Translations under genes and position numbers: made by a program | Part shown: positions 7,937-17,576 of the stretch, piece after piece | How the letters are laid out: each line of letters opens with the position of its first letter | Numbering within the stretch: position 1 is the stretch's first letter | Assembly (NCBI GenBank): GCA_045598365.1 | Contig: JAZLLV010000056.1 | Span: 9,498-73,497 of the forward strand | Origin: Lachnospiraceae bacterium | GTDB taxonomy: Bacteria > Bacillota > Clostridia > Lachnospirales > Lachnospiraceae | Reading direction: 5' to 3' | DNA: 64,000 nucleotides | Notes under the pieces: model-generated | Told to the model about the DNA's origin: nothing | Databases searched by the model: none | The model's input: only the letters and a program-made list of their open reading frames with translations

Positions 7937-9547
7937 ATGGTTAATGTAATCAGAAAGCAAGATAATATAGTTAGAAAAACCGTATGCATGTTGATTTTTA
8001 GCCTTATTGTATCTTTTTGCTTTGTTGCAGGTAAAATATATGACACTGAGTTGACAGATTCCATTTTTTCTGTTTTTTTTGTGAAAAAATACATATTTTT
8101 TGTTCTGTTTTTTTTTACTACACTCTTCTTTTCTTGCTTTATTTATACGTTTATCAAGTCGAATAATGACAAGAAGCGCGTTCTTTTTATAAAAAGTGGC
8201 CCAAGTAAAAGACTCGTGTGTCTATTGCCTTTATGCTGCTACGCTATTTCGTTACTGTCAATTTTTCCCGGGATTTTTTCATACGATTGTTGGCAGGAAT
8301 GGGATATGATTGAAAAAGGAATGCTTTCTTCGCATCATCCGGTATTGCATGTGCTTATTTTGGGTGGCTTTACAAGCCTATCAAATTATATATTTGGTAG
8401 TGGTAATGTGGGAATCTTTTTGTATGTGTCTCTACAAATATTCTTTTTCTTGATTGTGTTTAGATATATTTTTCTATATATGGATGAAAAGGGTACCAGT
8501 CCATTGTCACAATGGACTGCGTTGTGTTTTGTCTCATTATCTCCAATTATCAATTTATTTGTTTTGGCTACTTCAAAGGACAGTTTGTTTGCTATATTTG
8601 AGCTTCTATTTGCCTTTGAGTCTGTGCGTTTATACAAAGAAAAAAGCTATTTGGAAGAAAAGAAAAATGTAGTAATATTTCTATTTGCCTCACTTGGCAC
8701 GATGATTTTTAGAAACAATGGATTATATATTGTCGTGTTAACGAATCTCATTATGTTGTTTCTCTGTAAGGGACGACGATTAAAATTGTTGATACCATAC
8801 GCGATTATTGGCGTAATTTATCTGGCATATACAGGGCCGTTTTACAATTTGCTTTCGGTAGAAGCTGGAAGCAAACGAGAAATGCTTTCTGTACCAATTC
8901 AGCAACTTGCCAGAGTGCATCAGTACGATTTTGACGATTTTACTAAAAATGAATTAAACATAATGTATTCGGTTATTGATAAAGAGAATTGGAACCAATA
9001 TGTTCCAACTTGTGCAGATGCAGTAAAAAACGGATTCGACGATGAAGCGTTTTCAAAAGCTGGTAAAGATTTTCTGAAAATATGGGTGAAACATGGGATA
9101 AATCATCCTGCGACTTATGCGAATGCATTTTTGATTAATACTGTTGACTATTGGTATCCGTTAGCTGTGAATGACAATTACGCTTGGTTATATGGAAAAG
9201 ATGAAAAAATAGGTGATTTTTTCGATTATAGGGTTGCAGAGCCGGGAAATGAGGTAGTAATAATTAAACCTTTGCATGATTTTTATTATTACATTTCGAC
9301 GGATTTACTTGTTACAAGCAAAATAATTCCTGCGCTGTTCTTAAATCCGGGTGTATATTTATTGCTGTGGATTGCATGCATGTTTTGGGACATTGCGAAT
9401 AAGATAACTTCGCGTGCGCCGATTCACATAGTGTTGTTATTTAACTTTTGGACAGTTCTTTTAGGTCCGATGGTTCAAGTAAGGTATATTGTCGTTTTGT
9501 ACTTTATAGTTCCATTGTGGTTTATGCATCAGCCTGCGGAATGCTAA
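7937..9547 (+). CDS. Multi-pass membrane protein, DUF6020-like (putative GT-C-fold glycan-modifying enzyme)
   Basis: Many hydrophobic helices; motifs PGIFSYD, HHPVLH, KDSLFA, FRNNG, SVPIQQLARV, GPMVQVRY. Clear paralog at 55517-57124. Visibly AT-richer than its flanks. Confidence 0.65.
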   Translation: MVNVIRKQDNIVRKTVCMLIFSLIVSFCFVAGKIYDTELTDSIFSVFFVKKYIFFVLFFFTTLFFSCFIYTFIKSNNDKKRVLFIKSGPSKRLVCLLPLCCYAISLLSIFPGIFSYDCWQEWDMIEKGMLSSHHPVLHVLILGGFTSLSNYIFGSGNVGIFLYVSLQIFFFLIVFRYIFLYMDEKGTSPLSQWTALCFVSLSPIINLFVLATSKDSLFAIFELLFAFESVRLYKEKSYLEEKKNVVIFLFASLGTMIFRNNGLYIVVLTNLIMLFLCKGRRLKLLIPYAIIGVIYLAYTGPFYNLLSVEAGSKREMLSVPIQQLARVHQYDFDDFTKNELNIMYSVIDKENWNQYVPTCADAVKNGFDDEAFSKAGKDFLKIWVKHGINHPATYANAFLINTVDYWYPLAVNDNYAWLYGKDEKIGDFFDYRVAEPGNEVVIIKPLHDFYYYISTDLLVTSKIIPALFLNPGVYLLLWIACMFWDIANKITSRAPIHIVLLFNFWTVLLGPMVQVRYIVVLYFIVPLWFMHQPAEC

Positions 9548-9551
9548 ATAC

Positions 9552-9563
9552 AAACTAATGTTC
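9552..9563. promoter_or_regulatory. Candidate LexA (SOS) box upstream of uvrB
   Basis: AAAC-TAAT-GTTC (reverse complement GAAC-ATTA-GTTT) fits the Firmicute GAAC-N4-GTTY box and directly abuts the predicted -35. Confidence 0.6.
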
Positions 9564-9592
9564 TATACAATTGTGCATATATGTGTTAAAAT
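9564..9592 (+). promoter_or_regulatory. Candidate sigmaA promoter of uvrBA
   Basis: TATACA-N17-TAAAAT with an extended -10 TG at 9584-9585. Confidence 0.5.
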
Positions 9593-9615
9593 AGCCTCTA
9601 ATGGAGGCTATTTTT
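9588..9615 (+). terminator. Hairpin (probable terminator of the upstream gene) overlapping the uvrB SD
   Basis: 11-bp stem AAAATAGCCTC / GAGGCTATTTT; most of the SD GGAGG (9603-9607) lies in the 3' arm. Confidence 0.55.
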
Positions 9616-11607
9616 ATGAATTTTATACTTCACAGTGAATTCGCTCCTACAGGCGATCAGCCCCAGGCCATTAAGGAACTGGTGGAGGGTTTCAAAGAGG
9701 GTAATCAGTTTCAGACACTGCTTGGCGTTACCGGATCCGGTAAGACCTTTACCATGGCTAACGTTATTGCGGCACTTAACAAGCCTACTCTGATTATTTC
9801 CCATAATAAGACCCTGGCGGGACAGCTCTACTCAGAGATGAAAGAGTTCTTTCCCGAGAACGCAGTTGAGTATTTTGTATCCTACTACGATTATTACCAG
9901 CCTGAAGCATATATCCCTTCAACAGATACTTATATCGAGAAGGATTCTTCCATAAACGATGAGATAGACAGATTGAGACTTTCTGCCACAGCTTCTTTGA
10001 CTGAACGTAAGGATGTGGTTGTGGTAGCATCTGTTTCCTGTATATACGGTCTGGGTTCTCCTAAGGAATTCATGGCCATGTGCGTATCATTAAGACGCGG
10101 ACAGCAGATAGAACGTGATGATGTGGTAAGAGGCCTCATTAATATACAGTACACCAGAAATGACATGGACCTTCAGCGTAATAATTTCAGGGTTCATGGT
10201 GATGTTCTGGAGGTTATTCCTTCCCACGGAACTGACTATCTTGTAAGAATAGAATTTTTTGGTGACGAAATTGACAGAATATCGGAAGTGGATGTGCTTA
10301 CCGGCAAGATGTTAAGGACTCTTGAGCATGTTGTTCTTTTTCCTGCATCCCACTACGTTGTTGAGGCAGAGACCATCAAAAGAGCCTGCGAGAACATTGA
10401 AGCGGAGATGCATGAAAGAGTTAAGGAGTTTAAGGCAGAGGATAAGCTCATCGAAGCCCAGAGAATTTCCGAACGGGTAAACTTTGATGTGGAAATGCTT
10501 AGGGAAACCGGATTCTGCTCAGGTATAGAGAACTATTCGAGACATCTGGCGGGAACTGCCCCCGGCGAGCCTCCCAAGTGTCTTCTTGACTATTTCAGTG
10601 GAGATTATCTCATAATAGTAGACGAGTCCCACATTACCCTTCCGCAGGTTCGCGGTATGTACGCAGGCGACAGAGCCCGTAAGGAAAACCTTGTAAATTA
10701 CGGTTTCAGACTGCCCTCGGCACTGGATAACAGACCTTTGAACTTCGGTGAGTTTGAAGAGCGAATTGACCAGATGCTCTTTGTTTCCGCTACTCCCGGA
10801 GACTATGAGGGTGACCATGAACTGTTAAGAACCGAGCAGGTAATAAGACCTACAGGACTGCTTGATCCTCCCATAGATATCAGACCTGTTGAGGGGCAGA
10901 TAGATGACCTTATAGGAGAAATCCGCAAGACCACCGAAAAGGGTCATAAGGTCTTAGTCACAACCCTTACCAAGAAAATGGCGGAGGACCTTACTAAGTA
11001 TCTTGCGGAAGTAGGTATTCGTGTAAAGTACCTGCATTCGGACATAGATACCCTTGAACGAAGCGAAATCATAAGAGACATGCGACTGGATGTATTTGAT
11101 GTTCTTGTGGGAATCAACCTCTTAAGAGAAGGTCTGGACATTCCCGAAATCGCTCTTGTGGCGATTATCGATGCGGATAAGGAAGGCTTCTTAAGAAGTG
11201 CCACATCACTTATCCAGACCGTAGGTCGTGCGGCCCGTAATTCTGAGGGTCATGTGGTAATGTATGCAGACACCATAACGGATTCCATGCAGATAGCCAT
11301 TGACGAGACAAAGCGTCGTCGCGCCATCCAGATGAAATACAATGAGGAGCATGGAATTACTCCTACTACCATCAAAAAGGCCGTCAGAGATGTTATAAGA
11401 ATTTCCAATACCGAGTCCCACAATGCCATGAAGGATGTAAAGGATGCCGAGGCAATGAGCAGGGAGGAGATGGAAAAAGAAGTTGTTAAGCTTGAACGTA
11501 AGATGAAACGTGCGGCAGCAGACCTGAACTTCGAGGAAGCTGTTCAGTTAAGAGACCGCATGATTGAACTTAAGAAAGCTTTGTTGGACCTGGATCAGCT
11601 TGATTAA
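9616..11607 (+). CDS. uvrB: Excinuclease ABC subunit B
   Basis: [53 protein letters not shown]-terminal UVR domain. Start placed at ATG 9616 after GGAGG. Confidence 0.98.
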   Translation: MNFILHSEFAPTGDQPQAIKELVEGFKEGNQFQTLLGVTGSGKTFTMANVIAALNKPTLIISHNKTLAGQLYSEMKEFFPENAVEYFVSYYDYYQPEAYIPSTDTYIEKDSSINDEIDRLRLSATASLTERKDVVVVASVSCIYGLGSPKEFMAMCVSLRRGQQIERDDVVRGLINIQYTRNDMDLQRNNFRVHGDVLEVIPSHGTDYLVRIEFFGDEIDRISEVDVLTGKMLRTLEHVVLFPASHYVVEAETIKRACENIEAEMHERVKEFKAEDKLIEAQRISERVNFDVEMLRETGFCSGIENYSRHLAGTAPGEPPKCLLDYFSGDYLIIVDESHITLPQVRGMYAGDRARKENLVNYGFRLPSALDNRPLNFGEFEERIDQMLFVSATPGDYEGDHELLRTEQVIRPTGLLDPPIDIRPVEGQIDDLIGEIRKTTEKGHKVLVTTLTKKMAEDLTKYLAEVGIRVKYLHSDIDTLERSEIIRDMRLDVFDVLVGINLLREGLDIPEIALVAIIDADKEGFLRSATSLIQTVGRAARNSEGHVVMYADTITDSMQIAIDETKRRRAIQMKYNEEHGITPTTIKKAVRDVIRISNTESHNAMKDVKDAEAMSREEMEKEVVKLERKMKRAAADLNFEEAVQLRDRMIELKKALLDLDQLD

Positions 11608-11627
11608 CAGGTATTGAAAGGATATAA

Positions 11628-14501
11628 ATGAGTGAAGTTAAGATGCGTCCCAAGTCTGAGATGATCAGAGTCAGAGGGGCAAATGAACACAACTTAAAAA
11701 GCCTTAATGTGGATATTCCCAGAAACGAACTGGTTGTTATCACCGGTTTGTCCGGTTCGGGAAAATCTTCATTGGCTTTTGATACCATATATGCGGAGGG
11801 TCAGAGACGATACATGGAGTCTCTTTCTTCCTACGCAAGACAGTTCCTCGGTGTTATGGAAAAGCCTAATGTAGAGAGAATAGAAGGTCTTTCGCCGGCT
11901 ATTTCAATCGACCAGAAGTCCACAAACCGAAACCCCAGATCTACTGTGGGAACCGTTACGGAAATCTATGATTACTTCAGACTTCTCTACGCAAGAATCG
12001 GAATTGTTCACTGTCCGCAGTGCGGAAGAGAGATAAACAGACAGAGCGTTGATCAGATTGTGGACAGAATAATGGCTTTGCCTGCAGGTACGAGAATTCA
12101 GCTTCTTGCTCCGGTTGTTCGCGGCAAGAAGGGTATGCATGAAAAAACTCTTGATAAGGCAAAACGTTCAGGTTATGTTCGTGCAATCATAGATGGTAAT
12201 ATGTATGAGCTTTCCGAGGAAATATCCCTTGATAAAAATATTAAGCACAATATTGATATAGTTGTGGACCGTCTGGTTATCAAAGAGGATATGCAGAAAA
12301 GACTTACCGATTCTGTCGAAACGGTTATAGACCTTGCGGAAGGTCTTCTTTCTGTGGATGTTATTGGCGGAGAACCTCTTACATTTTCCACAAATTTTGC
12401 CTGTCCGGATTGTGAAATAAGCATACCGGAAATAGAAACCAGAAGCTTCTCCTTTAACAATCCATTCGGCGCCTGCCCGGTTTGTGCCGGTCTTGGTTAT
12501 AAGATGGAATTTTCAAAGGAACTTATACTGCCTAACGATAATCTTTCCCTTAATGAGGGATGTATAGAAATAAACGGTCTTAAATCCATAGGTGATAAAA
12601 AGAGCTGGATGCATGCCATAATGGATGCAATGTGCGAAAAGTACAAATTCAGTATGGACACTCCTTTTAAGGACTATCCGGCAGAAATAAAGGACCTTTT
12701 ATGGAATGGTAACCATGGAGAAAAGTTCATCATTCACTACGAAAGCCAGCGTGGAAGGGGCGCCTACGAGGTAACCTTTGAAGGTTTCCTGGAAATCTGC
12801 AGGCAGAGATATAAGGAAACCTTCTCAGAATCCGCAAAAGCTGAATATGAAAAGTTCATGTCAATAACTCCCTGTGAAGCCTGCAAGGGAATGCGTTTGA
12901 GAAAAGAATCACTGGCCGTTACGGTGGGTGACATGAATATATACGAGATTACCAATCTCTCCATTACAAAGCTCCTTAATTACCTTGATAATCTTAATCT
13001 TACGGAGCAGCAGAGATTTATCGGTGATCAGATACTTAAGCAGATAAATGCAAGAGTTTCCTTCCTTATGGATGTGGGATTATCATACCTTACCCTTGCA
13101 AGAGCCACAGCATCTCTTTCCGGTGGTGAGGCTCAGCGTATACGACTTGCTACCCAGATTGGTTCAGGACTTGTGGGAGTTACATATATCCTTGACGAGC
13201 CTTCAATCGGCTTACATCAGAGAGATAACGACATGCTTCTTAAGACACTTAAGCACTTAAGAGACTTAGGCAATACAGTGCTTGTGGTGGAGCATGATGA
13301 GGATACCATGTTTGCAGCGGACCACATTGTGGACATAGGTCCCGGCGCCGGTATTAAAGGCGGCTGTCTTGTGGCTGAAGGTACTGCTGAGGATATAATG
13401 GCGAACCCCGATTCAATAACAGGTCAGTACTTAAGCGGCAAGAAGTTCATACCTGTTCCTGATAAGCGAATTGCCCCCTCGGGCTATATGACCATCAAGG
13501 GTGCCAGAGAGAACAATCTTAAGAACATAGATGTAAAGATTCCTCTTGGCATAATGACCTGTATTACAGGCGTGTCCGGCTCGGGAAAGAGTTCACTTAC
13601 TAATGAGATTTTGTATAAGTATCTTGCGAAAACATTTAACAGAGCTCATACAATACCCGGTGATTTTGATGAAATCGAAGGCGTTGAACAGCTTGATAAG
13701 GTAATAGACATAGATCAGTCTCCCATAGGACGTACTCCCAGATCCAATCCCGCCACTTATACAGGTGTGTTTGATCAGATTCGTGATCTTTTCGCCCTGA
13801 CCAAAGAGGCAAAAGAACGTGGTTACAAGAAGGGAAGATTCTCCTTTAACGTTAAGGGCGGCAGATGTGAAGCCTGCCAGGGTGACGGTATCATAAAGAT
13901 TGAAATGCATTTCCTTCCGGATGTATATGTTCCCTGCGAAGTGTGCGGAGGAAAACGATACAACAGAGAAACCCTGGAATGTCTTTATAAGGGCAAGAAC
14001 ATTTTTGACGTTCTGGATATGCCGGTTGAAGAGGCGGTAACCTTCTTTGAAAATGTTCTTTCCATCAGAGATAAGATCAAAACCCTTAATGAGGTTGGTC
14101 TTGGCTATATTAAGTTAGGACAGCCCTCCACCGAGCTTTCCGGAGGTGAAGCTCAGAGAGTTAAGCTTGCAACAGAGCTCAGTAAGCGTTCCACAGGTAA
14201 AACAATCTATATCCTGGACGAACCCACCACCGGTCTGCATTTTGCGGATGTACATAAGCTTTCGGAAATACTAAGAAGGCTTGTTGAGGGAGGCAATACG
14301 GTAATAGTAATCGAGCACAATCTGGATATTATTAAGACCGCTGACTACATTATCGATATGGGTCCCGAAGGTGGTGACGGCGGCGGAACTGTAGTTGCTT
14401 ATGGCACTCCCGAGGAAGTGGCCAAGTGCGAAAAATCCTACACCGGCAAGTACATAAAGAAGATGCTTGATAAGGACAAAGAACTTAAGGGCCAAGATTA
14501 A
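11628..14501 (+). CDS. uvrA: Excinuclease ABC subunit A
   Basis: [17 protein letters not shown], two ABC signature motifs LSGGEAQR, zinc-finger CxxC pairs, GVSGSGKSS. Confidence 0.98.
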   Translation: MSEVKMRPKSEMIRVRGANEHNLKSLNVDIPRNELVVITGLSGSGKSSLAFDTIYAEGQRRYMESLSSYARQFLGVMEKPNVERIEGLSPAISIDQKSTNRNPRSTVGTVTEIYDYFRLLYARIGIVHCPQCGREINRQSVDQIVDRIMALPAGTRIQLLAPVVRGKKGMHEKTLDKAKRSGYVRAIIDGNMYELSEEISLDKNIKHNIDIVVDRLVIKEDMQKRLTDSVETVIDLAEGLLSVDVIGGEPLTFSTNFACPDCEISIPEIETRSFSFNNPFGACPVCAGLGYKMEFSKELILPNDNLSLNEGCIEINGLKSIGDKKSWMHAIMDAMCEKYKFSMDTPFKDYPAEIKDLLWNGNHGEKFIIHYESQRGRGAYEVTFEGFLEICRQRYKETFSESAKAEYEKFMSITPCEACKGMRLRKESLAVTVGDMNIYEITNLSITKLLNYLDNLNLTEQQRFIGDQILKQINARVSFLMDVGLSYLTLARATASLSGGEAQRIRLATQIGSGLVGVTYILDEPSIGLHQRDNDMLLKTLKHLRDLGNTVLVVEHDEDTMFAADHIVDIGPGAGIKGGCLVAEGTAEDIMANPDSITGQYLSGKKFIPVPDKRIAPSGYMTIKGARENNLKNIDVKIPLGIMTCITGVSGSGKSSLTNEILYKYLAKTFNRAHTIPGDFDEIEGVEQLDKVIDIDQSPIGRTPRSNPATYTGVFDQIRDLFALTKEAKERGYKKGRFSFNVKGGRCEACQGDGIIKIEMHFLPDVYVPCEVCGGKRYNRETLECLYKGKNIFDVLDMPVEEAVTFFENVLSIRDKIKTLNEVGLGYIKLGQPSTELSGGEAQRVKLATELSKRSTGKTIYILDEPTTGLHFADVHKLSEILRRLVEGGNTVIVIEHNLDIIKTADYIIDMGPEGGDGGGTVVAYGTPEEVAKCEKSYTGKYIKKMLDKDKELKGQD

Positions 14502-14535
14502 TAATAAACATTTAATAAAAAAGTGTATGTAATTG

Positions 14536-14564
14536 TTGACGATTGAAATTTGATAAAGTATCCT
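14536..14564 (+). promoter_or_regulatory. Candidate sigmaA promoter of the lar-cbi operon
   Basis: TTGACG-N17-TATCCT. Confidence 0.6.
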
Positions 14565-14569
14565 TTATC

Positions 14570-14692
14570 TATCGGCCGACCGAAGTCGGCATTGTGGCTC
14601 TGAAGAGTCGAAACTTTTGCGTTAATTTACTATGTATACACATGAAGGTATACGATGTCCATGAAGGATAATCGTATGCCTTTTTTATTTTC
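14570..14692 (+). promoter_or_regulatory. Structured 5' leader with intrinsic terminator (candidate attenuator/riboswitch)
   Basis: Hairpin GCCGAC-CGAA-GTCGGC and further hairpins. Terminator stem ATACGAT (14650-14656) / ATCGTAT (14671-14677) is followed by TTTTTTATTTT. A competing GTATAC/GTATAC stem (14634-14653) overlaps its 5' arm. Confidence 0.55.
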
Positions 14693-14712
14693 AGGCAAAC
14701 GGATGGTTATAT

Positions 14713-15459
14713 ATGAAACTGGAAGAATTCTTTGCAAAATACAGAAAAGTTGCCATTGCTTTTTCGGGAGGAGTGGATTCCGCATATCTTTTGTATGCGG
14801 CGGTAAAAGCCGGAGCGGATGTTAAAGCCTATTATGTTAAATCTGCTTTTCAGCCGGAATTTGAGTATTCCGATGCCGTAAAACTTGCAGAACAGATCGG
14901 CGCCAAAATGAAAACTCTGACTGTGGACATTCTGCAAAATGAAGAAGTGAAAGCTAACCCGAAAGACAGATGCTATTACTGCAAAAAGACTATTTTTTCA
15001 ACAATAGTATATGAGGCCGCAAAGGATGGTTATGAAGTGCTGTTGGATGGAACCAATGCCTCGGATGAGGAAGGCGACCGCCCCGGCATGAGAGCATTGA
15101 GAGAACTGACTGTTTTCTCACCCCTCAGAATTTGCGGACTTACAAAGGATGAGATACGAAGACTGTCCAAAGAAGCCGGTCTGTTTACCTGGAACAAGCC
15201 GGCATATGCCTGTCTTGCCACAAGAATTCCTACGGGCTGTGCCATCAGTAAGGATATTCTTTCTGCAACAGAAAATGCAGAGGATTACCTGTTTTCTTTA
15301 GGCTTTTCCGATTTCAGGGTCAGATATCTTAACGGAGCTGCAAAACTCCAGCTTAGAGAATCCGATTTTGAACTGATGACAAAATACAGAAAAGAAATAG
15401 TTGAGGAACTGACAAAATACTATTCAGATGTTTTTGTGGATTTGGAGGTAAGAGGATGA
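14713..15459 (+). CDS. larE: Nickel-pincer nucleotide cofactor sulfur transferase LarE
   Basis: PP-loop AFSGGVDS, RCYYCK, DGTNASD, RPG, ACLATRIP, DFRVR. Confidence 0.92.
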   Translation: MKLEEFFAKYRKVAIAFSGGVDSAYLLYAAVKAGADVKAYYVKSAFQPEFEYSDAVKLAEQIGAKMKTLTVDILQNEEVKANPKDRCYYCKKTIFSTIVYEAAKDGYEVLLDGTNASDEEGDRPGMRALRELTVFSPLRICGLTKDEIRRLSKEAGLFTWNKPAYACLATRIPTGCAISKDILSATENAEDYLFSLGFSDFRVRYLNGAAKLQLRESDFELMTKYRKEIVEELTKYYSDVFVDLEVRG

Positions 15460-16211
15460 ACAGCGATATAAGAGTATTGCTTGAACAGGTTAAGGAAGGC
15501 TCGGTTTCCGTGGATGAAGCCTTGCTTTCCATAAAAAAGGAACCCTTTGAGGATATAGGCTATGCAAAAGTGGACTTTCACAGAGGCATCAGACAGGGTG
15601 CGCCGGAAGTTATATACGGAGCCGGAAAAACACCGGAACAGATTATTGGTATCGTCGGCAGTATGCTTAAAAATAAGCAGGAAACCATACTGATTACAAG
15701 AATGTCCAAAGAAGCTGCGGATATTGTATCTCAGAGCTACGAACTTGATTATCGTGAAAATGCAAGAATCGGAATAGTAGGTAAACTTCCCAAGCCCACA
15801 GGAATAGGAAAAATTGTGGTTGCCACCGGAGGAACTTCAGATATACCAGTGGCGGAGGAAGCAGCTCTTACTGCCGAAGCCCATGGTAATGAAGTGGTAA
15901 GGCTCTATGATGTGGGAGTAGCAGGATTGCACAGACTGCTTGCACATATGGATGAGATAATGAGTGCATCGGTAATAATTGCAATCGCAGGAATGGAAGG
16001 TGCTCTTGCAAGTGTAATCGGAGGGCTTGCGGATTGCCCCGTTATTGCGGTTCCCACAAGCGTAGGCTACGGCGCTTCTTTCAACGGATTGTCAGCACTT
16101 TTATCAATGCTTAACTCCTGCGCCAGCGGAGTGTCGGTGGTTAATATTGACAACGGTTTCGGGGCCGGATATCAGGCCAGTATGATTAATCATATGGAGG
16201 TTAAGAAATGA
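15456..16211 (+). CDS. larB: Nickel-pincer cofactor biosynthesis protein LarB (PurE-like fold)
   Basis: AKVDFHR, GAPEVIYG, TGGTSDIPVAEEA, DVGVAGLHRL, AGMEGAL, AVPTSVGYG, VVNIDNGFGAG. Confidence 0.95.
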   Translation: MNSDIRVLLEQVKEGSVSVDEALLSIKKEPFEDIGYAKVDFHRGIRQGAPEVIYGAGKTPEQIIGIVGSMLKNKQETILITRMSKEAADIVSQSYELDYRENARIGIVGKLPKPTGIGKIVVATGGTSDIPVAEEAALTAEAHGNEVVRLYDVGVAGLHRLLAHMDEIMSASVIIAIAGMEGALASVIGGLADCPVIAVPTSVGYGASFNGLSALLSMLNSCASGVSVVNIDNGFGAGYQASMINHMEVKK

Positions 16212-17557
16212 AAACACTTTATATAGATTGCGGAATGGGTGCAGCCGGAGACATGCTCACTGCGGCGCTCCTTGAACTTGTTCCGGATAAACAGGCTTTT
16301 GTTGAGGAGTTCATGAAGCTGGGGATTCCGGGAGTAACTTTTGAGGCTGAAGCTTCTGCAAAATGCGGAATTCTGGGAACTCATGTAACCGTAAAGGTTA
16401 ATGGCGAGGAAGAAGAAAGCCACGACCACCATCATGACCACAATCATGACCATGAGCACGGACACGAACATGATCATGACCATGAGCATGACCACGAGCA
16501 TGACCATGAGCATGAGCACGAGCATGACCATCACCACGAGCATGGCCATGAGCATGAGCACGAACATGACCATGAGCATGACCATCATCATGAGCACGAG
16601 CATGACCATCACCATGGTCACCATCACAGCAGTATGCACGATATTGAGCATATTGTTAACGGACATCTCAACGTTTCCTCAAAGGTTAAGGAGGATGTCC
16701 TTGCGGTATATAAGTTAATCGCAGAGGCTGAAAGCGTTGCCCATGGCGTTCCCGTAAGTGAAATACATTTCCATGAAGTAGGTACCATGGACGCTGTTGC
16801 GGACATAACCGCCGTTTGTATGCTGATGGAAAAGATTTCGCCGGATAAGGTTGTGGTTTCACCTATACATGTGGGAAGCGGTCAGGTCAAGTGTGCGCAC
16901 GGAATTCTCCCCGTGCCTGCGCCTGCAACTGCGTATATTCTTAAGGATGCCCCTATATACGGAGGCAGCATCCGCGGCGAACTTTGTACTCCTACAGGTG
17001 CAGCTTTGCTAAAGCATTTTGCCACCAAGTTTGGCGATATGCCGGTTATGAAGGTTTCAAATATCGGATATGGAATGGGCAAAAAGGATTTTGAAATTGC
17101 AAACTGCGTAAGAGTTATGCTGGGCGAGTCTGATATCAAGTCGGATACAGTCTGCGAACTTTGCTGCAATGTGGACGATATGACGGGTGAGCAGATAGGT
17201 TTTGCCATGGAAAAACTATTCGAGGCAGGTGCACTTGATGTTTACACCACCAATATCGGTATGAAAAAGTCCCGTCCCGGTATTCTGATTTCAGTTATGT
17301 GTAAAGAAGACGACCGTGAGAAAATGCTGAAACTTATTTTCAGACACACGAGTACGTTAGGGGTAAGAGAAAGCTTTTCCGGAAGATATACCATGGAGCG
17401 CTCCATTGATAAGGTGGAAACCGTATTTGGTGATGTAAGAGTAAAACGTTCTTCGGGATACGGAGAAACAAGAGAAAAATTTGAATATGAGGATCTGGCA
17501 CGCATAGCATCTGAAAATGATATGTCAATATCGCAGGTTCTTAATAAAATAAAATGA
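16208..17557 (+). CDS. larC: Nickel insertase LarC (full length, with long His-rich insert)
   Basis: GAAGDM, HFHEVG, HGILPVPAPAT, ELCTPTGAALL, GYGMG, NVDDMTGE, MKKSRPG, STLGVR, KFEYED. Confidence 0.93.
   Translation: MKTLYIDCGMGAAGDMLTAALLELVPDKQAFVEEFMKLGIPGVTFEAEASAKCGILGTHVTVKVNGEEEESHDHHHDHNHDHEHGHEHDHDHEHDHEHDHEHEHEHDHHHEHGHEHEHEHDHEHDHHHEHEHDHHHGHHHSSMHDIEHIVNGHLNVSSKVKEDVLAVYKLIAEAESVAHGVPVSEIHFHEVGTMDAVADITAVCMLMEKISPDKVVVSPIHVGSGQVKCAHGILPVPAPATAYILKDAPIYGGSIRGELCTPTGAALLKHFATKFGDMPVMKVSNIGYGMGKKDFEIANCVRVMLGESDIKSDTVCELCCNVDDMTGEQIGFAMEKLFEAGALDVYTTNIGMKKSRPGILISVMCKEDDREKMLKLIFRHTSTLGVRESFSGRYTMERSIDKVETVFGDVRVKRSSGYGETREKFEYEDLARIASENDMSISQVLNKIK
16421..16627 (+). repeat. His-rich (H-E/D)n coding repeat in larC
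   Basis: 69 codons with approximately 6-nt periodicity (CAY-GAN); I counted 40 His of 69 residues, with His at every odd position. Confidence 0.95.
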
Positions 17558-17576
17558 TAATAGGGGGTATATTACC

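Noticed and set aside
14570-14692. Assignment of the larE leader to a known NiCo or cobalamin riboswitch
   Set aside because: I could not match the conserved cores from memory; left as an unassigned candidate pending an Rfam search.
16190-16718. Met/Val-rich antisense ORF (16190-16666) and Thr/Met/Ser-rich alternate-frame ORF (16401-16718)
   Set aside because: Both are by-products of the stop-free CAY-GAN His repeat in larC.
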